Part shown: one piece after another, positions 23,661 through 37,395 of the stretch | Position numbering within the stretch: position 1 is the stretch's first letter | Layout: the number at the start of each line of letters is the position of its first letter | Notes under the pieces: model-generated | The model's database searches: none | The model's input: only the letters and a program-made list of their open reading frames with translations | Told to the model about the DNA's origin: nothing | Translations under genes and position numbers: made by a program | From: Vicugna vicugna | Lineage: Eukaryota | NCBI GenBank assembly: GCA_013265495.1 | Contig: MU058387.1 | Location: 1,054,001-1,118,000, forward strand | Reading direction: 5' to 3' | Length of the DNA: 64,000 nt

Positions 23661-26214
23661 CAGTCTTCTCTATTCTCAAGAAGTAAATAAACTATTTTTT
23701 TTCTTTCTGACTAAACATCTGTATTCGGATAACATTCATAAGTGCCCAACTCGTTAGCTGTGTAGGTGTTAGAAATTCTCCATCTGTGTCAAGGAAATAA
23801 AGCCAAATTGTAAAGTGATTAGCCAATTGTATTTGTGCTTTTTTTTTTTCGCTCATTTTAAATAAAGACAGACTAAATAATTCTCCAGTTCGTCTTTGAA
23901 GCTTTTTTTTTTAAGTGCACAGCTTGTATTGTTGGTATAAATAGAAAAATTATATCTTTTCCATTTTTAAAAATATGCTGAATTCAATAAAATTATAATG
24001 TGTACTTATCTGTGAATTCTGGAACAGATAATACATGCTTTTAGGACAAACTCTTTGGTTAGTCTAAAATGATAAACAGGAATTTTTGTTACTGAAAACC
24101 TCAATCTTTTTAAAACTTTTCTACAGTACTTTGTTAAACATCGATTCCATGACATTATAGGAGACTCAAGAGAACTAAAAGTCATGTGCTGATAAAGTTT
24201 TAAACCATAGAAGTCAAGAAAGTAGACTCAAGAAACCAAAAGACAAGCCTCTGATGTTTTCTCAACAAAATTCTCAATACACATTAATGTGCAGCAGTAG
24301 AAGAATATGAATGCCAAGTTTTGATTAACATAAAAGTATCCTCTTTGCATTTTCTTTTCTTAGCTCTATCAGAAGCAACTCATTCAGCCCCTTTTTGAAG
24401 AGGATTAGGAATGGGTGGTTGGGATGGGATGCTATCTTCCCAGGGGCAGAATGAAGATCTCCCTTAACAGTAAGTATCACCTACACAGTTATTCAGCCCT
24501 CATTGCACTTTGTGAGAGGGAAAAATCTTACTTTTTTTTTCTGTTACTCATTATTTGGTTTTAATGGATTATTATCCAGATTGGCTGTCAAGTGTTACCA
24601 GTACAGGAAAGAGAATGATACATTTTTGTGGCAGGAAACAGAGGGCTATTGCTGGAAAGAGACAGAGTCTGAGAGATATGGGAGAAAAAAGGGGCACGTG
24701 GATGTAAGGATTCCTCTAACAGGGACATGGTCTCCAAGAGGGAACACTTCGCAAAAGAACCTAGAAATAGGGAGAAAAAATTCGAATGCAAAAATGCATT
24801 GTTTTATTCCTGAAAAGCTCTGCTGAATGAAAGTTCTTCCAAGTCATTCATTGCTCAGGTTCCCAATAACTAAAACACTGTGCCAACTTCACTAATAGCC
24901 CTCATCATCCTGTCTTCTAACCAGCAACAGGCGATTGTCACAAGAATTTGCTCTGTGATCTAGATACTCTTGAGTGATGTTCCTCTACAGTTCATCCCTG
25001 AGAAATTGTAAGATCAACTGAAACTATGAGTACCTAGTGCAACAGAAAAGAGGAGATCCTGCCCTTCATACTTTGGGGTTAAATGGTGATTACTCCCAAG
25101 CTCCTATTGCTGAGACAGTTGGGGATGGATGCTCCTGATGTACCTGTGGCCTGGTTAGGCACAGATCATCATTATGGAAATTCATGTATTTTGTACTTCT
25201 AACTATCCACAAAGGTCTACAACAATAGCTTATGTAAAGCATACAGGAAAGTTGCATTATAAGGGAGATATTCTATAATTTTCCTTATATGATATGAGCA
25301 TCAGTTGGATTGTATAGTCAAGGAAAAATAAATTTCTCAACAATTTTAAGAGAATGAAATGATAACATGGAAGAGTGAAGAGAAGGCACTAAATAACTGA
25401 AGTTGAGAAGATTCAGATATTTCACATGCCAGTTGATTGTCTCACACAGAAATGGACCCTGTTATAACAGAGATCACTATTTCAAAGACAGTCTTCTGAC
25501 AACAGAGTACGACTTTCTGATTTCTGACCTAAATCTTCACGTTCCAGTCCTGAAGAGTATTTATTGTAATTTTTTTTTTTTAGGATAATTCAATGGACTA
25601 CCCACCCTTCTCCCTGAGGAACTTTTCCCTCTTCAAGCTTTAGAAGCGAAAGTGCCAGAACAACTGTGAAACTCTTCAGAGAAAGAATGTCAGCTTTAGA
25701 TGATTTGATTTTCTCTCACTTGAAAGGACCAGAGGAAATCAGCAAATGAAAGGAAAATTGATCAAGCTTTTGGCACAGAAAATCATATCTACGTCCACTG
25801 CCTCTTGTGGGTGCTCTAACTGCTACCCATTTTGTTGACCATAAACTACTCCTTAGATAACAATTCTTGGATGGTCTAGATTCTTAGACGACCTAGCTCT
25901 CCTGGACTGACTGTGTGGTACTGGAAGTCACCTTGGTACTGACAACTGAGCAGCAATTAATTTCTACAGAAAAGCTGATTTTCCTCCTATTGAACTACAG
26001 ACAGACTGACTAAATTGAGCTAATAAATGGTTGATGGTAATGAAGTATAAGGAACCAACCTTACTTTGAACTTTCCCAATTACAAAAAAAAAAAAGTTTT
26101 CTTACACAAACGCCCAATTTTGGCTTTCTTAATGATGTTTTATATAACCTTGTTTTCAAAAGCGAAGTTAAATGTGGAGCACAGAAAAACTTTGCTGAAA
26201 ATTATTCACAAACT

Positions 26215-29200
26215 CACTCAAGATGGCAGACTGAGCACTCAGTTTACTGCTTCTTCTTCCTCAAATCTCTTTGGGATTATAAAACGGTATAAAAGGAACA
26301 GGAAGACTAACTGCGGGAAAACAAATCAGTGGGCCAGAAGCAGATGGGTTGATACTAATGGAGAAGTTCACTCCCAATCCAAAACACCAGAGGTACGAAC
26401 AGTCATTACTGAGGGAGGCCTACAGGCCCTGAAACCTGAGCTAATTGCACAGAGGACAGGCATGGGACCCAGGGAAATTATGAGTATAATTAATTAAAGA
26501 ACTCTATTAGGAATAAGCCAGCCAGTTAGAATTCCACCCTTCTATTACCATTTCTCCTCCCCTCTAATGCAAAATGGCAGCTTTTTAGTCCCAAGATAAA
26601 AACATATAAACTGCTCACTGTAGAAAGGAGATGATGCCAGAAAGATAGACTCAACAATTCTTAATTCTTTCAAAAGATTTAAATAATTCAGAATATGTTC
26701 TCTAACCACAAAGGGGTTAACCTAGGATTTATTTTATTTTAAAAATATTTTTATTAAAAAATAAGATAACAAGAAAATCCCAAATTCCAAATTCGAAACT
26801 TCCATGCATTGGGCAAGATATTTCTAACTATTCCAGAGTCAGAGAAGAACTCAAAATGCAAATTGGAAAAGATTTTTAATAAAAGTTAATGAAGCTATAA
26901 AATATTTGCAAATGTGGAATACAGCTAAAAATGTTTTGAGAAATTTAGGCTTAATTATATATATAATGTAAAAATGTAAAGATTGAAAACCAATGATTTA
27001 AGCATTCAACATAAAATCTGAGAAGAAAGTCAAATCAAATCCAAAGAATGTACAAGAAAATAAATACCAAAGATAAGAGAAGAAATCAATGAAATACAAT
27101 ATGATTACACAATGGAGAATACAAACAAAACTAAGATCTTGTTCTTTGAAAATACCAACAAAATTGATTATCCGCTAGGAAAAATGTTAAATGACATGAG
27201 TTTACAATGCCAGATTTGCAAAAGAGACACAAATAATTCCATGTCAAATAATGGTAAGAGTATAGCATGACCAATTGCATAATATTCAATTTTATAACTG
27301 AGAAAAATTCACTGAATAACACAAGGCTCAGGGGAAAATGAATATAACACCTGATTACTTCAGTATTTGTTACAATGTTATATTTATAATTTGAGTTATT
27401 TTATAATGGAAATCTCAGGAACAGATGACTTTTGTAGATAATTTTTTCAATAATGCCAATTTTACCTAATCTTATTCCAAGAAAAGATAAAAGGGAAAAG
27501 ATTCCTAACTTTTTACAAGGCTATCAGAATTTTGATTCCAAATATTGACAAATATTCTTCAAGAAAAAAATATTATTGGTTAATCTTTCTCTGGAACTGA
27601 AATGAAAAAAATGTAGCTATATATTAAAAATATGTTGAGGTGATTAATAAAATGTTCATATTTATAAAAAAAAGGGAAATATAATTAGATAAGTTAATAC
27701 ATATTCAAAGGCATTTTACAATATTTAACATCTATTTATAATTTTAAAAAACCCAGAAAACTAGAAGAAATTCCCCTCAATCTGAAACCCCCCCAAACTT
27801 ACAGCAAACATTATGCACAATAGTGCATATTAACACTTTTTCCCCAGAAATTGGGAAAAGTAAATGAATGCCTATCATCAGTGATTCTGTACCATATTTC
27901 AATGAACCAAGGAAAGGAACAAACAAAATCATGGTATGGAGAAAGTTATAACATCAATACATACAGATGATGTGATTGTGCAGATATATACTCCAAAGAA
28001 GTCTGTAAACTATTAGAATTAATAAATTTAGCTAGTTTGTTGGATAAAGATCAATACAAAACAATCAAATACAGTTCTATATACCAACACCAAATAGTTA
28101 GACAATACGATTAATAAAAAGCACTCAACACCTAGTAATAAATGTAGCACAAGTTCTGAAAGACCCTTAAAAAATATATAAAATATTGTTGAGAGGAATT
28201 GAAGAATATAAATAAATGGAGGGATGTACTATTTTCATGGATTCAAACCACAGTATTTTAAGGATATCAATTTTCTCAAAGTAAACTATAAATTAAATGT
28301 GACATCAACAAATTATTTCATCAGGATATGTTATGGATGTCAACAGGCTGAATTTTAAGTTTTACAAATACAAAGAATCAAAAAAAAAAAAGAAAACAGG
28401 GTAGACTCAAAGAACAGAATTGAGAGATCTATACTAACATCTCAGAAACTAGGTTCTGTGTGGTCCTGTGGAGAAAAACAATGAGGTTTTCCTAAAACTG
28501 TGGTTATTAAAACAGTGTGTTCCTGGCACAGGGTAGATAAGTTGACCACCAGGATCAACCGAGGCATAAAGGAACATTCAGATACATTTCATCCTCTGGA
28601 TACAACAAATGCTACATTTTAGTATAATAAGTTGTACTAAATTATTTTGAATTATACCATATATGACCGTGAGTTAATTAATATCTATTTGAAAAATAAT
28701 GATTCTGAACTCTTGTCTCATACCCTATACAAAATTAAATGCAGATGAATTGCTGGTCGAAACATGAAAAGTAAAATAATAACACATTTAGGGGAAAATT
28801 TGGAAACTACCTTTATGACTTTAATAATAGACAAAAATGTTCTTGACCAGAACACAGAAAACTTCAAAATTAAAACTCCTTTTGTCAAGAGTGAAAATGA
28901 ATATAGACATACGTAGATGTAAGTACATAGCTATAGAAATCCAACAGTGAATTTATCTACAGGATGTGTATACTCAGAAAACAAGCCTCCCATATCAAAA
29001 GCAACAAGATAGACGACTAATGGGATAAAAATAATAAAGGCCACATGTTTTGAAAATACGTTTAACAAAGGAGAGTAGCCAATAAACATATGAAAGATGC
29101 TGAACTTCAACTCGGGGAAATTTGACTCCATATGCAACCGTCAGATACCTAAAATGAGAAAAACAATACCCAGTCTTAGCAAGGATGCGAAGCAAATTGT

Positions 29201-29660
29201 AACTCTTGCCATTATCAGTGGGAGGAAAATCTCTTTGGAAAACTCTTTAGTTTTACCGACTGAAACAGAATGAGCCCATAATCTATGCTTCTGTGACTCC
29301 ATTTCTTAGTATGTATGTAACACAAATGTGACATATATTCTCAAAGAAGGATGAACTAGAATGTCCATAAGAGAGCTGTTCTATAATAGCCTCAAACTGG
29401 AATCTACCCACATACCCACTGAGAGTAGAATTTTTTTTTTCAATTCACACAACAGAATACTCTTCAGTAAGGAGAATAAAAGGTTAGCCATGAAATAGAA
29501 TGATAATATGGACAATATGAATATTCACAATATGAGTCAAGCAAATCTCACAAAGCTAACGATGAGCAAAAGAAGCCATTTGTCAAAAGAAACCAGAAAC
29601 AAAAGAGGACACACTCTATGCTGATCATAAGTAGGAATATTTAGTGCCCGTGGTGGAAGG
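26215..29660 (+). mobile_element. Old L1 (L1M/L1ME-type): 5' UTR start, degraded ORF2 and 3' UTR
   Basis: CAAGATGGC (YY1-type L1 start) at 26219. A-rich ORF2 motifs: TGTTCTCTAACCACAA, TTGTTCTTTGAAA, CAGATGATGTGATTG, TTCATGGAT, TGTCTCATACCCTATACAAAATTAA. 3' motif ATAGCCTCAAACTGGAA. Confidence 0.85.
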
Positions 29661-30339
29661 TTTGGGTTGAGATCTCAGTGAAGGTTTCTCAGCTTTTAAA
29701 AAATGTTTTACCTTCAGAGATGAGACAGAAAGGCTGGAGAGAGCTGGGGTGGCAGAATTGTCCTCCTGTCCCTCCCCTGGATTAGATCATGTTTTCTGTC
29801 ATGAGCCTGCTTATCAACAAACCAGTAATGTAAATTACCACCCTTTTGATAAATACGGCTATAAAACCTGTACATTCTTATCTGGTTGTTTTCTTTGCTG
29901 GATATTATCTAGATATTTCCTTAGGATAAATTGCTGGGAGGAAAACTCCTCTGTTAAAGTATATATTTAAGATTCCTGATGACTATTGCTTTAAAGACTG
30001 CGATTCACACCTGCAAGGCCGTCTGTCCCCACCACCTACCTACTGTAACACAAGTGGTCAAGGCAGCCTTCCCACTGGGGAGGGGTGACTTGTTCAAGTT
30101 CACCACTTACCCAGCTTTTCATAGCTGCTATCCCCTGACAACCATCTTTGCTGCATATTTAGCTTCTGAAAGTACTTTTTGTTTACTCTAAGGTCCTAAC
30201 AATAATCCCATTTTCACTTAGACATATTTTCTGCAATGCAACTGTCAGTAAATGGCACTGCTCCTTAGAAATCTAGATAAATGCATAGTTTTGTCATGTA
30301 CATGTTTTCAATAAAATTCCATCATTAAAATTGTCCAAA

Positions 30340-30454
30340 CTCATTGTGGTTAATCATTTCATAATATATGTATGTCAAGTTGTTATGCTATATACCTTAA
30401 CCTTATACAGTGGTGTTTGTTAATTGCATCTCAGTAAAACTGCGGGAAAAAAAA
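30340..30454 (+). mobile_element. Short L1 3' end
   Basis: TATGCTATATACCTTAACCTTATACAGTG...ATCTCAGTAAAACTG followed by an A tail. Confidence 0.7.
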
Positions 30455-31854
30455 GGCCACCCAAATGAGTGTTTTCCCCCTTAAAATTTAAAAAAAAAAA
30501 TCACATTGGACTCTTTTTGCCTTTCCAAGCTACATGAAATGAAGCATATAGAAACAAAAATGAGTGGCAAAAAGCAAGCCAGATTCACTTCTCAGTCCCC
30601 AGTGACAGCACTTCCTGGAACGCAGCAGCATCCCTGCTTTTGGGTCTGTGACGCTTGGCTTTACTTCATAATCAATTAACCAGCTCTTACTGGTTTCTAT
30701 ATCTACCATGAAGAAAGTCCTGACAAATCAGAAGAGCTGATTAAGAAAGCGAAGCAAGGAAACTGAAGGTGGGAGCCTGAAATAATTCCCAAGACAAGGA
30801 TGAGGGCAGCAGCGGGAGGTGGGAAGGATGGAGAAGAGAAGGAGGAAGGTGGATCCAGGGGACTCTTGGGGAAAGGGACAGGAGTTCTGGCTTGTTACCG
30901 AGACTATGCAGATGAGAGAGAGCTTAAAGGTGTAAAATTCTTCTGTTCCACAATTCACACTGAGAATGTGACCCTGACTTTTGATCTTGACCCTACTCAA
31001 ACAAATCATGGAACTTGAATAAGTCATTTGGATTTTAGCTTTTCAGTTTACTAGTCTCTAGAAGGGTCTGGACCAGAAGCTATCCAACACCTATTTGTGG
31101 TCTTAATAGTGGAAGAATATTTGTTTTGTTGCTCCACAATGAGCACATGGGCTACTTTCTGTGCAATTGTTTTTTTTTTAATCTCGGTGCCTAGTAGAGC
31201 GTCTTGCCTTTGGGTAATCATGATTGATGCGCTTTGATACTTTTCTGCATGCAAATAGAGAGAGAAAAAAAAATAGAGAAAAACCTTAGACAAATACTTC
31301 GCATTTGTTTCCTCCATTCCATGAAGCTGCTTTCAGTCCTGCCTTGGAGCGTGGCAGCAGTCCATCCAAGGTCAGTGTGGCTTTCACAGAGACAGGACTG
31401 AGAAAAGTCCCACCCGAGTCCCACCAGGACCGAGAAAAATCAGAACACCATTCCAGGCTGTTGCTCTAAAGCTCTGAAGCAATGGAAGCCCTTATTTTTG
31501 GCAACAATCGGCCCTTCTTCCCAAGACACCACCCACATTTTTCTTTGCAACCACAAACTAGCACTGTGGTTCAAAATAGCAAAACCCACTTTAAAAAAAA
31601 AGAAGCCTGAAACCATAAGGTTGATTTCATTTTACTTATAGAAACTCAAGACCCCTTCATACAAAGACAGGTTTCAATAACCCGTAATAAGAAATGTTTT
31701 GTGAAGAAACATAGGGCAATCCTATATCTCTTATTCAAGAGGTCCCTGATCCCTTTGTATGGCATTATTGATTTTATCCTAACTCTTAACTTCTTGATTT
31801 GCTGGTATCACAGAAAAACTAATCTGCATTTGGAAGAAAGAGTTAATGATTGAT

Positions 31855-32232
31855 TGTTATTAGTTAGCTCAGATTGCCATAACAAAATAGTACAAACTGG
31901 TTGTTTTAAACAACAGAAATTTATTTTCTCATAGTTCTGGAGGTTGGAAGTCCAAGATTAAGGTGCCAACAGGGCTGTTTTTTGGTCAGATCTTTCTTCC
32001 TGCTTTCTTGCTGTGTTTCCACAGGGCTTTACCTCAGTATGCGCTAGGAAACTGACAGACCTCTGGTGTGTCTCCCTCTTCTTATAAAGATTTCAGTCCC
32101 ATTGGATTCGTGTCTTGCCTTTATGAGCTTATTTAACTATAACTCCCTCCTTAAAAGCCCTCCCTCCAAATATAGTCACATTGGAGTTAGGGCTTCAACA
32201 TATGAATTTCAGAGAAACAATTCAGTCCATAA
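31855..32232 (-). mobile_element. MLT1A-type MaLR LTR
   Basis: TGCCATAACAAAATA...AAACAACAGAAATTTATTTTCTCATAGTTCTGGAGGTTGGAAGTCCAAGAT...TTAGGGCTTCAACATATGAATTT...TTCAGTCCATA. Confidence 0.9.
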
Positions 32233-32341
32233 TGTTTATTTTATTTTATTTTTAATTGACGTACAATCAGTTACAACATGTCAGTTTGTGGTGTACAGCA
32301 TAATGTCCCAATCATGCATCCACAAATCAGTCCATAATGTT
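32222..32341 (-). mobile_element. Short truncated L1 3' end with perfect 15-bp TSD
   Basis: TCAGTCCATAATGTT at 32222-32236 and 32327-32341 flanks TTTATTTT...TTAATTGACGTACAATCAGTTACAACATGTC...GGTGTACAGCATAATG. Confidence 0.85.
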
Positions 32342-32445
32342 AATATTTGAATACTTTAAAAAAAAAAGCAACAATGGCATAAAATTGGATTTTTTACATA
32401 TGGATTTTAGATATGTCTGGATTTAACACAACACATTTTTAATTC

Positions 32446-32890
32446 AAAAGAATAAAATAATGCCATTTGCAGTCACATGGATAGCCCTGGAGATTCTCAT
32501 AGTAAGTGAAGTAAGCTAGAAAGATAAAGAAAAATACCATATGATACCACTTTTACGTGAAATCCTAAAAAAAAAAAAAGAACACAAATGAAATTATTTA
32601 CAAAACTGAGACAGATCACAGACATGGACAAAAAACTTATGGTTACCAGGGTGGGGAAAGGGAGTGGGAAAGGATAAATTGGGAGTTCAGGATTTGCAGA
32701 TACTAACTACTATGTAAAAAATAAATGAACAACAATGTCCTACTGTATGGTACGGGAAACTATATTCAGTACCTTGTAAAAGACTATAGTAAAAAAGAAT
32801 ATGAAAAGGACTATATACATATGTATTAATCACTATGGTTATACCAGAAATTAACACAGTATAAATTGACTATAGTTCTATTTAAAAAAA
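32446..32890 (+). mobile_element. Artiodactyl-type L1 3' end
   Basis: AATAATGCCATTTGCAG...AAGTGAAGTAAG...CTTATGGTTACCAGG...GGATAAATTGGGAGTT...AACTATATTCAGTACCTTGTAA...AATTGACTATA plus A tail. Confidence 0.9.
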
Positions 32891-34849
32891 GTTACAAAAA
32901 GTTTGATAACAAAATTCTAACTTTGTGAGCTATGTTACTGATGTAAACTTTAACATTAACTGGAGCACATAATTATTAAAGAAACTTGTTCCAACATATT
33001 TCACATAATATCTTAGCTAAGTTAATATTAATACTTCTCATGGCATCCTAAATTGATATGTATTAAGAAAGAAAAAATTGGTCTGATGTTTACTTCCTTG
33101 AGACTGCTGAGAAGTGACAGTGTCTAACAGTACTGAGAAATAGTATTTTTAATGTTCATTTAAAAATTAAAGAATGTATGCGTGTGTATGTGTGTGTGGC
33201 CCTTTAGCGTAGGGATAAAAACTTTTCAAAAACCTTTTAAAATGGTTTTGCCTAATTATTGTCAGGGGAAAAAAAAATAAAGATTAAATTATGGTTTAGG
33301 ATCCTCAGTTTCAGCACCTGGAAGTGTGTGAAATATATTTTAGAAAAAAATTCCAACAAAAATTAAAAGGAGCAAGGGTATTATTTGACTATCTGAAAAT
33401 CATTGATTTTTGTGAAATAATCTATTCTCCCCTCATGCTAGGAAAACAAGCATTCTATATCAAATCAAATTGGAGAAACTGTCACTGCTCTGGAAATACT
33501 GTGTCAAGCTATGGATCAATATTGTTGACTACCAAAAAAAAAATTCCCCAAAGTCCAATTTTATTATTATTATAATAAGTTATGCTTTGATATTTGACAT
33601 TTTGATGTTTTGATGCAAATATTATAGCAGCTGTTAAGTATTTCTTGAGTAACTTCAAGTTATGAAAGCTGATGAAAATTTCCTCTAGGCAAATCAATTA
33701 TGTAATTTATAGTGGAGTTGATCTAAATTAAATATATAGAGTTGATCTAAATTGAAGCCATTTTATTTCACCCATCAATGCTGAGTTAGAGCCACATTTA
33801 ATGTCTTTTAGCCAAATCGATCTTGTGATTTTTCTTTGGCAAATTCCAGATTTAAATTCCTGAATATGATATGGATAAATGTTTCAGGTGGTGATGCTGA
33901 TTATGTGCCAAAGGGAAGTTGGGTGCAAGACGTACTAGGAAGTGGAGAAAGTGCTTTTAAAGGTGCAACATTCTCATACTTCGTAACTATAGGTTCTTCA
34001 TTCTGTTCTCTTATGCTTATTTAGCTATTCAATTATTTTGAGTGATGCCCAAATTCAAGATAAAGTTGTCATCACTAGGAAATTTGAGACTGGAAATTGG
34101 AAGAAAAATCTGTTGAATCATAAATCTGGAATTCAGGTGTAAATCAGGGCCCTTCAGAAGATTTTGTTGTTAGCAAAACAGGGCTCAGTTTAAAGAACAT
34201 ACAATTTGGGGTAGGTAAGTCTCTGTCATAAGCAACCTCAAACGGCTGGTTCTAGCACCAAACTTACTATGGAGATTTTTATGAATGCATATAATACTGT
34301 GATAAATTTAAGTCACATATGCATCTTTTTGTTTTGTTTTTTTTTAGCCTTTAACATGATTCGTGATCTAGGAGGTTCTGCTGCAGGTAGATGTCAGTTT
34401 AACGAGGCGATTAATTACCTCAGTTAGGGCTTTGTTTGTCTCATGCATTTGGCATAGATGCCTACACAACTTGGTGAAAAGTTCTGATTTTGGTTGTTCC
34501 ACAAAAACATTATATAGAATGAAAGGTTACTGATGCTGGGGCCTGTCTGTTGTTGGGTACTTCTTTATTTCATTCACATCATTTTTTCCTACCTTTTCCT
34601 GTCATTCTAATATAAAGTTATCGTGATCACATTATTTTTCAAGTATCTTGTAATTATACAGATTGACTAGGAAATATATAACAGCTCTCAATATTTTGAT
34701 ATCATCTACGTTCAATCCACTGTCTAGAATCACAGATTTTTTTTTAACAAATCCATGACAGAGAAGCCATTGGATCCCACTATTAAGCCTTCCAAAAGAA
34801 TATAGAATTCCAGGTGGAAAAATGGGTACAGGACTACTTTTCCCAGCAC

Positions 34850-35160
34850 ATTCACGTCTCAGCTATCTTCTGAATTCCATAGTTTTCCTGGTTTATACAC
34901 TGTGTCTCTAAGAGCTTTCATTTCTTTTTTTGAACCTAATCCAAATAAACTTTCATCCCATCACTCCAATTGGGCTATAAATATCAATTCAGTACTGATG
35001 ACTCCCTAAATTGTATTTTCACTTGTTTACTTATTAATTGTCCACTCCAATAGGATCTAGTCTACATCAGACCAGGGACTTTATCTATATTGTTTATTGC
35101 TATAGTTCTAAAATATAGATGAGTACTGGTAAATAATAAACACCCAGTCAATACATTTTA
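34850..35160 (+). mobile_element. L2 fragments
   Basis: ACTTTCATCCCATCACTCCA; GACCAGGGACTTTATCTATATTGTTTATTGCT... Confidence 0.5.
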
Positions 35161-35679
35161 AAAAAAATTTCATGATTTTTTGATGAGTATTTTAAGAGAC
35201 ATTCTTGTGCTATTTAGAATTTCCTCCAAATTCCAACCGAAAAAAACATCAAAACGATTATTTTTCATGGGACATAACTTTCTCCAGAAATACATCCGTA
35301 GTTTCTAACAGATCTCTCTGCTTCCTAAAATAACCCTTTATTCACATATTCCATGAAAATCTGAAGATCTACACTTACCTGACCCACAGAAAGTGTTTGC
35401 TGACGCTGAACAGTCCAGAGCTTAAATCTTAACTCAGTCATATAATAGCTGTGTGGATCTTGTAAGTCACATAGTATCTGTGAACCCCAGCCTTGCAATC
35501 AGACAAATAATTCTTAACTTGCAGATATGGTAGAAGGTCAGAGAACCTGGATATGTGTCAGGGTCTCAACAAAAAGAAATATAATTATTTCCATCCATTT
35601 TATTATTACTTAAAAATATTTAAATGCTCTTGATAAGAACAAAATTTAATTATTTTTTATTAATTATCTATAGAGTTCA

Positions 35680-36190
35680 ATGCATTTTGCCAGGCTCTGT
35701 AAGGTTGTTTACTTTTGCTTCTGGAAAGCAGCTATGGTGGGGACGGACCGCTGCAATCCAATCTGATTTGATGGAGGGTATCAGTCTTTGTCGGGGCTGG
35801 TCTGCTTCTCTTCTTCAAGTAGAACTTCAGGGGTCTCAACTGAACCGGTGGTGTTCACTGGGATTCCTACTTCATGTTGAGACTTGATTTCTAAGTTCTG
35901 TTCCTCATCGCCCCTAGCATTGCTGAAATCTCCCTACTCAGTCCCTAGACCTCCACTTGTGTATTAACAAATGCCTCCAAGAGAAATGCAGTGCTGGTCA
36001 TTGGGCACACTTGAGCATCCCATCTCTTCAAGACTCCAAACCCTCAAGGTCTGACTGCCTTGATTTTTCATCAACACCTTCAAACAAATTGTAAAAAAAA
36101 AAAAAAGAAATTTTTTTTCTATAGCTCTTCTTATTGTTTCCAGTGGGGGAGTTAATCTGAAATAGCTTATTTACCAATACCAGAGGGAAC
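35680..36190 (-). mobile_element. Old L1 5' UTR remnant (L1ME/HAL1-like)
   Basis: TTGTTTCCAGTGGGGGAGTTAATCTG...TTACCAATACCAGAGG resembles the antisense 5' terminus of old L1. Confidence 0.5.
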
Positions 36191-36489
36191 ATCTGTAACA
36201 TCGGTATTTATGAAATAATGTGTTATTCATCATTTTTTCTCAAAATCATTATTCCCTTTAATAACAGAAACCACGTTAACACATAACTTTTGTAAATTGA
36301 TGTTTCACAAAACATAATCTGAAACCAGAGGACATGGACTATGCCATTTAATTTCTACTTCAGTAATGATTGACACCAACTGCAATCAAAGTGTTAAGAA
36401 CTCCTCTATAATCTTACTATCATCGAACTTCAGTTCCAAGTTTTTAAAGAGTATTTCATACTCCACACAGGTTGTTAAAAAAAATGAGG

Positions 36490-36790
36490 TATCAGATCAC
36501 AAATGAATCAAGGAAGATTTAGGGTAATATTGACCGGGTAGCTTTTGATGGCGGCTAAGGAAAAGAAAGAACCATTTCTCCTGCAAGAATGGGATGGAAA
36601 CAGATGCATCTCGTGCACAGACAACTTTCAGCGCATATTTGCCTGAACAACTTTGTTTACTTACCACGGCTGACTGGCCGGGAGGGCCTCAGTGTCAGAC
36701 TGCATTAGCATGCACGCACATGTAAAATTAATCAACAGACCTAGCAATTCGTCGCGTAGTCCCCTTAGAGCCTGGGGTTAAACATCTGTC
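36490..36790. promoter_or_regulatory. Candidate conserved non-coding element or enhancer
   Basis: 10 CpG in ~220 bp (36535-36756), no recognisable repeat, forkhead TGTTTAC and homeodomain ATTAAT motifs. Confidence 0.35.
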
Positions 36791-37269
36791 TGGAGTGATG
36801 TTCCCTAAAAGGCTTTATGTAATGGCCAGAGGAGCTCGGAGCAGGCACTTAGTGTGGAAGGAAGGGCGAGGCAGACACTTGAGGGGAAGTGCTGGGTTCC
36901 AGGGGGTTGACAGCCTCACCACCATACCCAAAGGTTACAACCTTAGTCTCCAAAAGCTTTTAAAGCTTCTTGCATCTGTGTTGCCTGACTGCCTTTCACC
37001 CTAAGCACTTATGCCCAGGATAGTCTGAACATACGTCTTTTTCAGAGTATCTTTAATGCGGATGAAAATGTTTGTGTCTTCCTGACATACCCATTCCAGA
37101 AATCACAACTTGAACTTTGTTGTATTGGGCTGAACTATTTGGTTTTGCCATGTTTTGCAGCTGGGAAAAGTTGAACCAAGTAATGCATTAGACACATTTT
37201 GCAGTGGTTTAAAGCATCAGCAAGGTTTACTTTTTTCCTTAATAGTTGACCAAGTTTGTGATGTGTTAA

Positions 37270-37395
37270 AAGGGAGCAACATATGATTGAAAGAACTTGA
37301 ACTTTGGCTTCAGTTCTTGGCTCTGTGGCTTATTAGCTGTGTGACTGACCCCGTCTCCTCATCCACTAGACCACCCCATGCCATCTCCTGAGGGG
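37270..37395 (+). mobile_element. MIR fragment
   Basis: TTCAGTTCTTGGCTCTG...TTATTAGCTGTGTGAC...TCTCCTCATC. Confidence 0.65.

Noticed and set aside
24162..24260. Degenerate two-copy repeat AGACTCAAGA...AAAAG
   Set aside because: An old small tandem duplication with no further structure.
26066..26497. 143-aa ORF
   Set aside because: TTG start, spans a polyA run and an L1 5' UTR-like segment; a chance ORF.
33715..33753. 15-bp direct repeat GAGTTGATCTAAATT with 24-bp period
   Set aside because: Only two copies; an ordinary slippage duplication, not an array.
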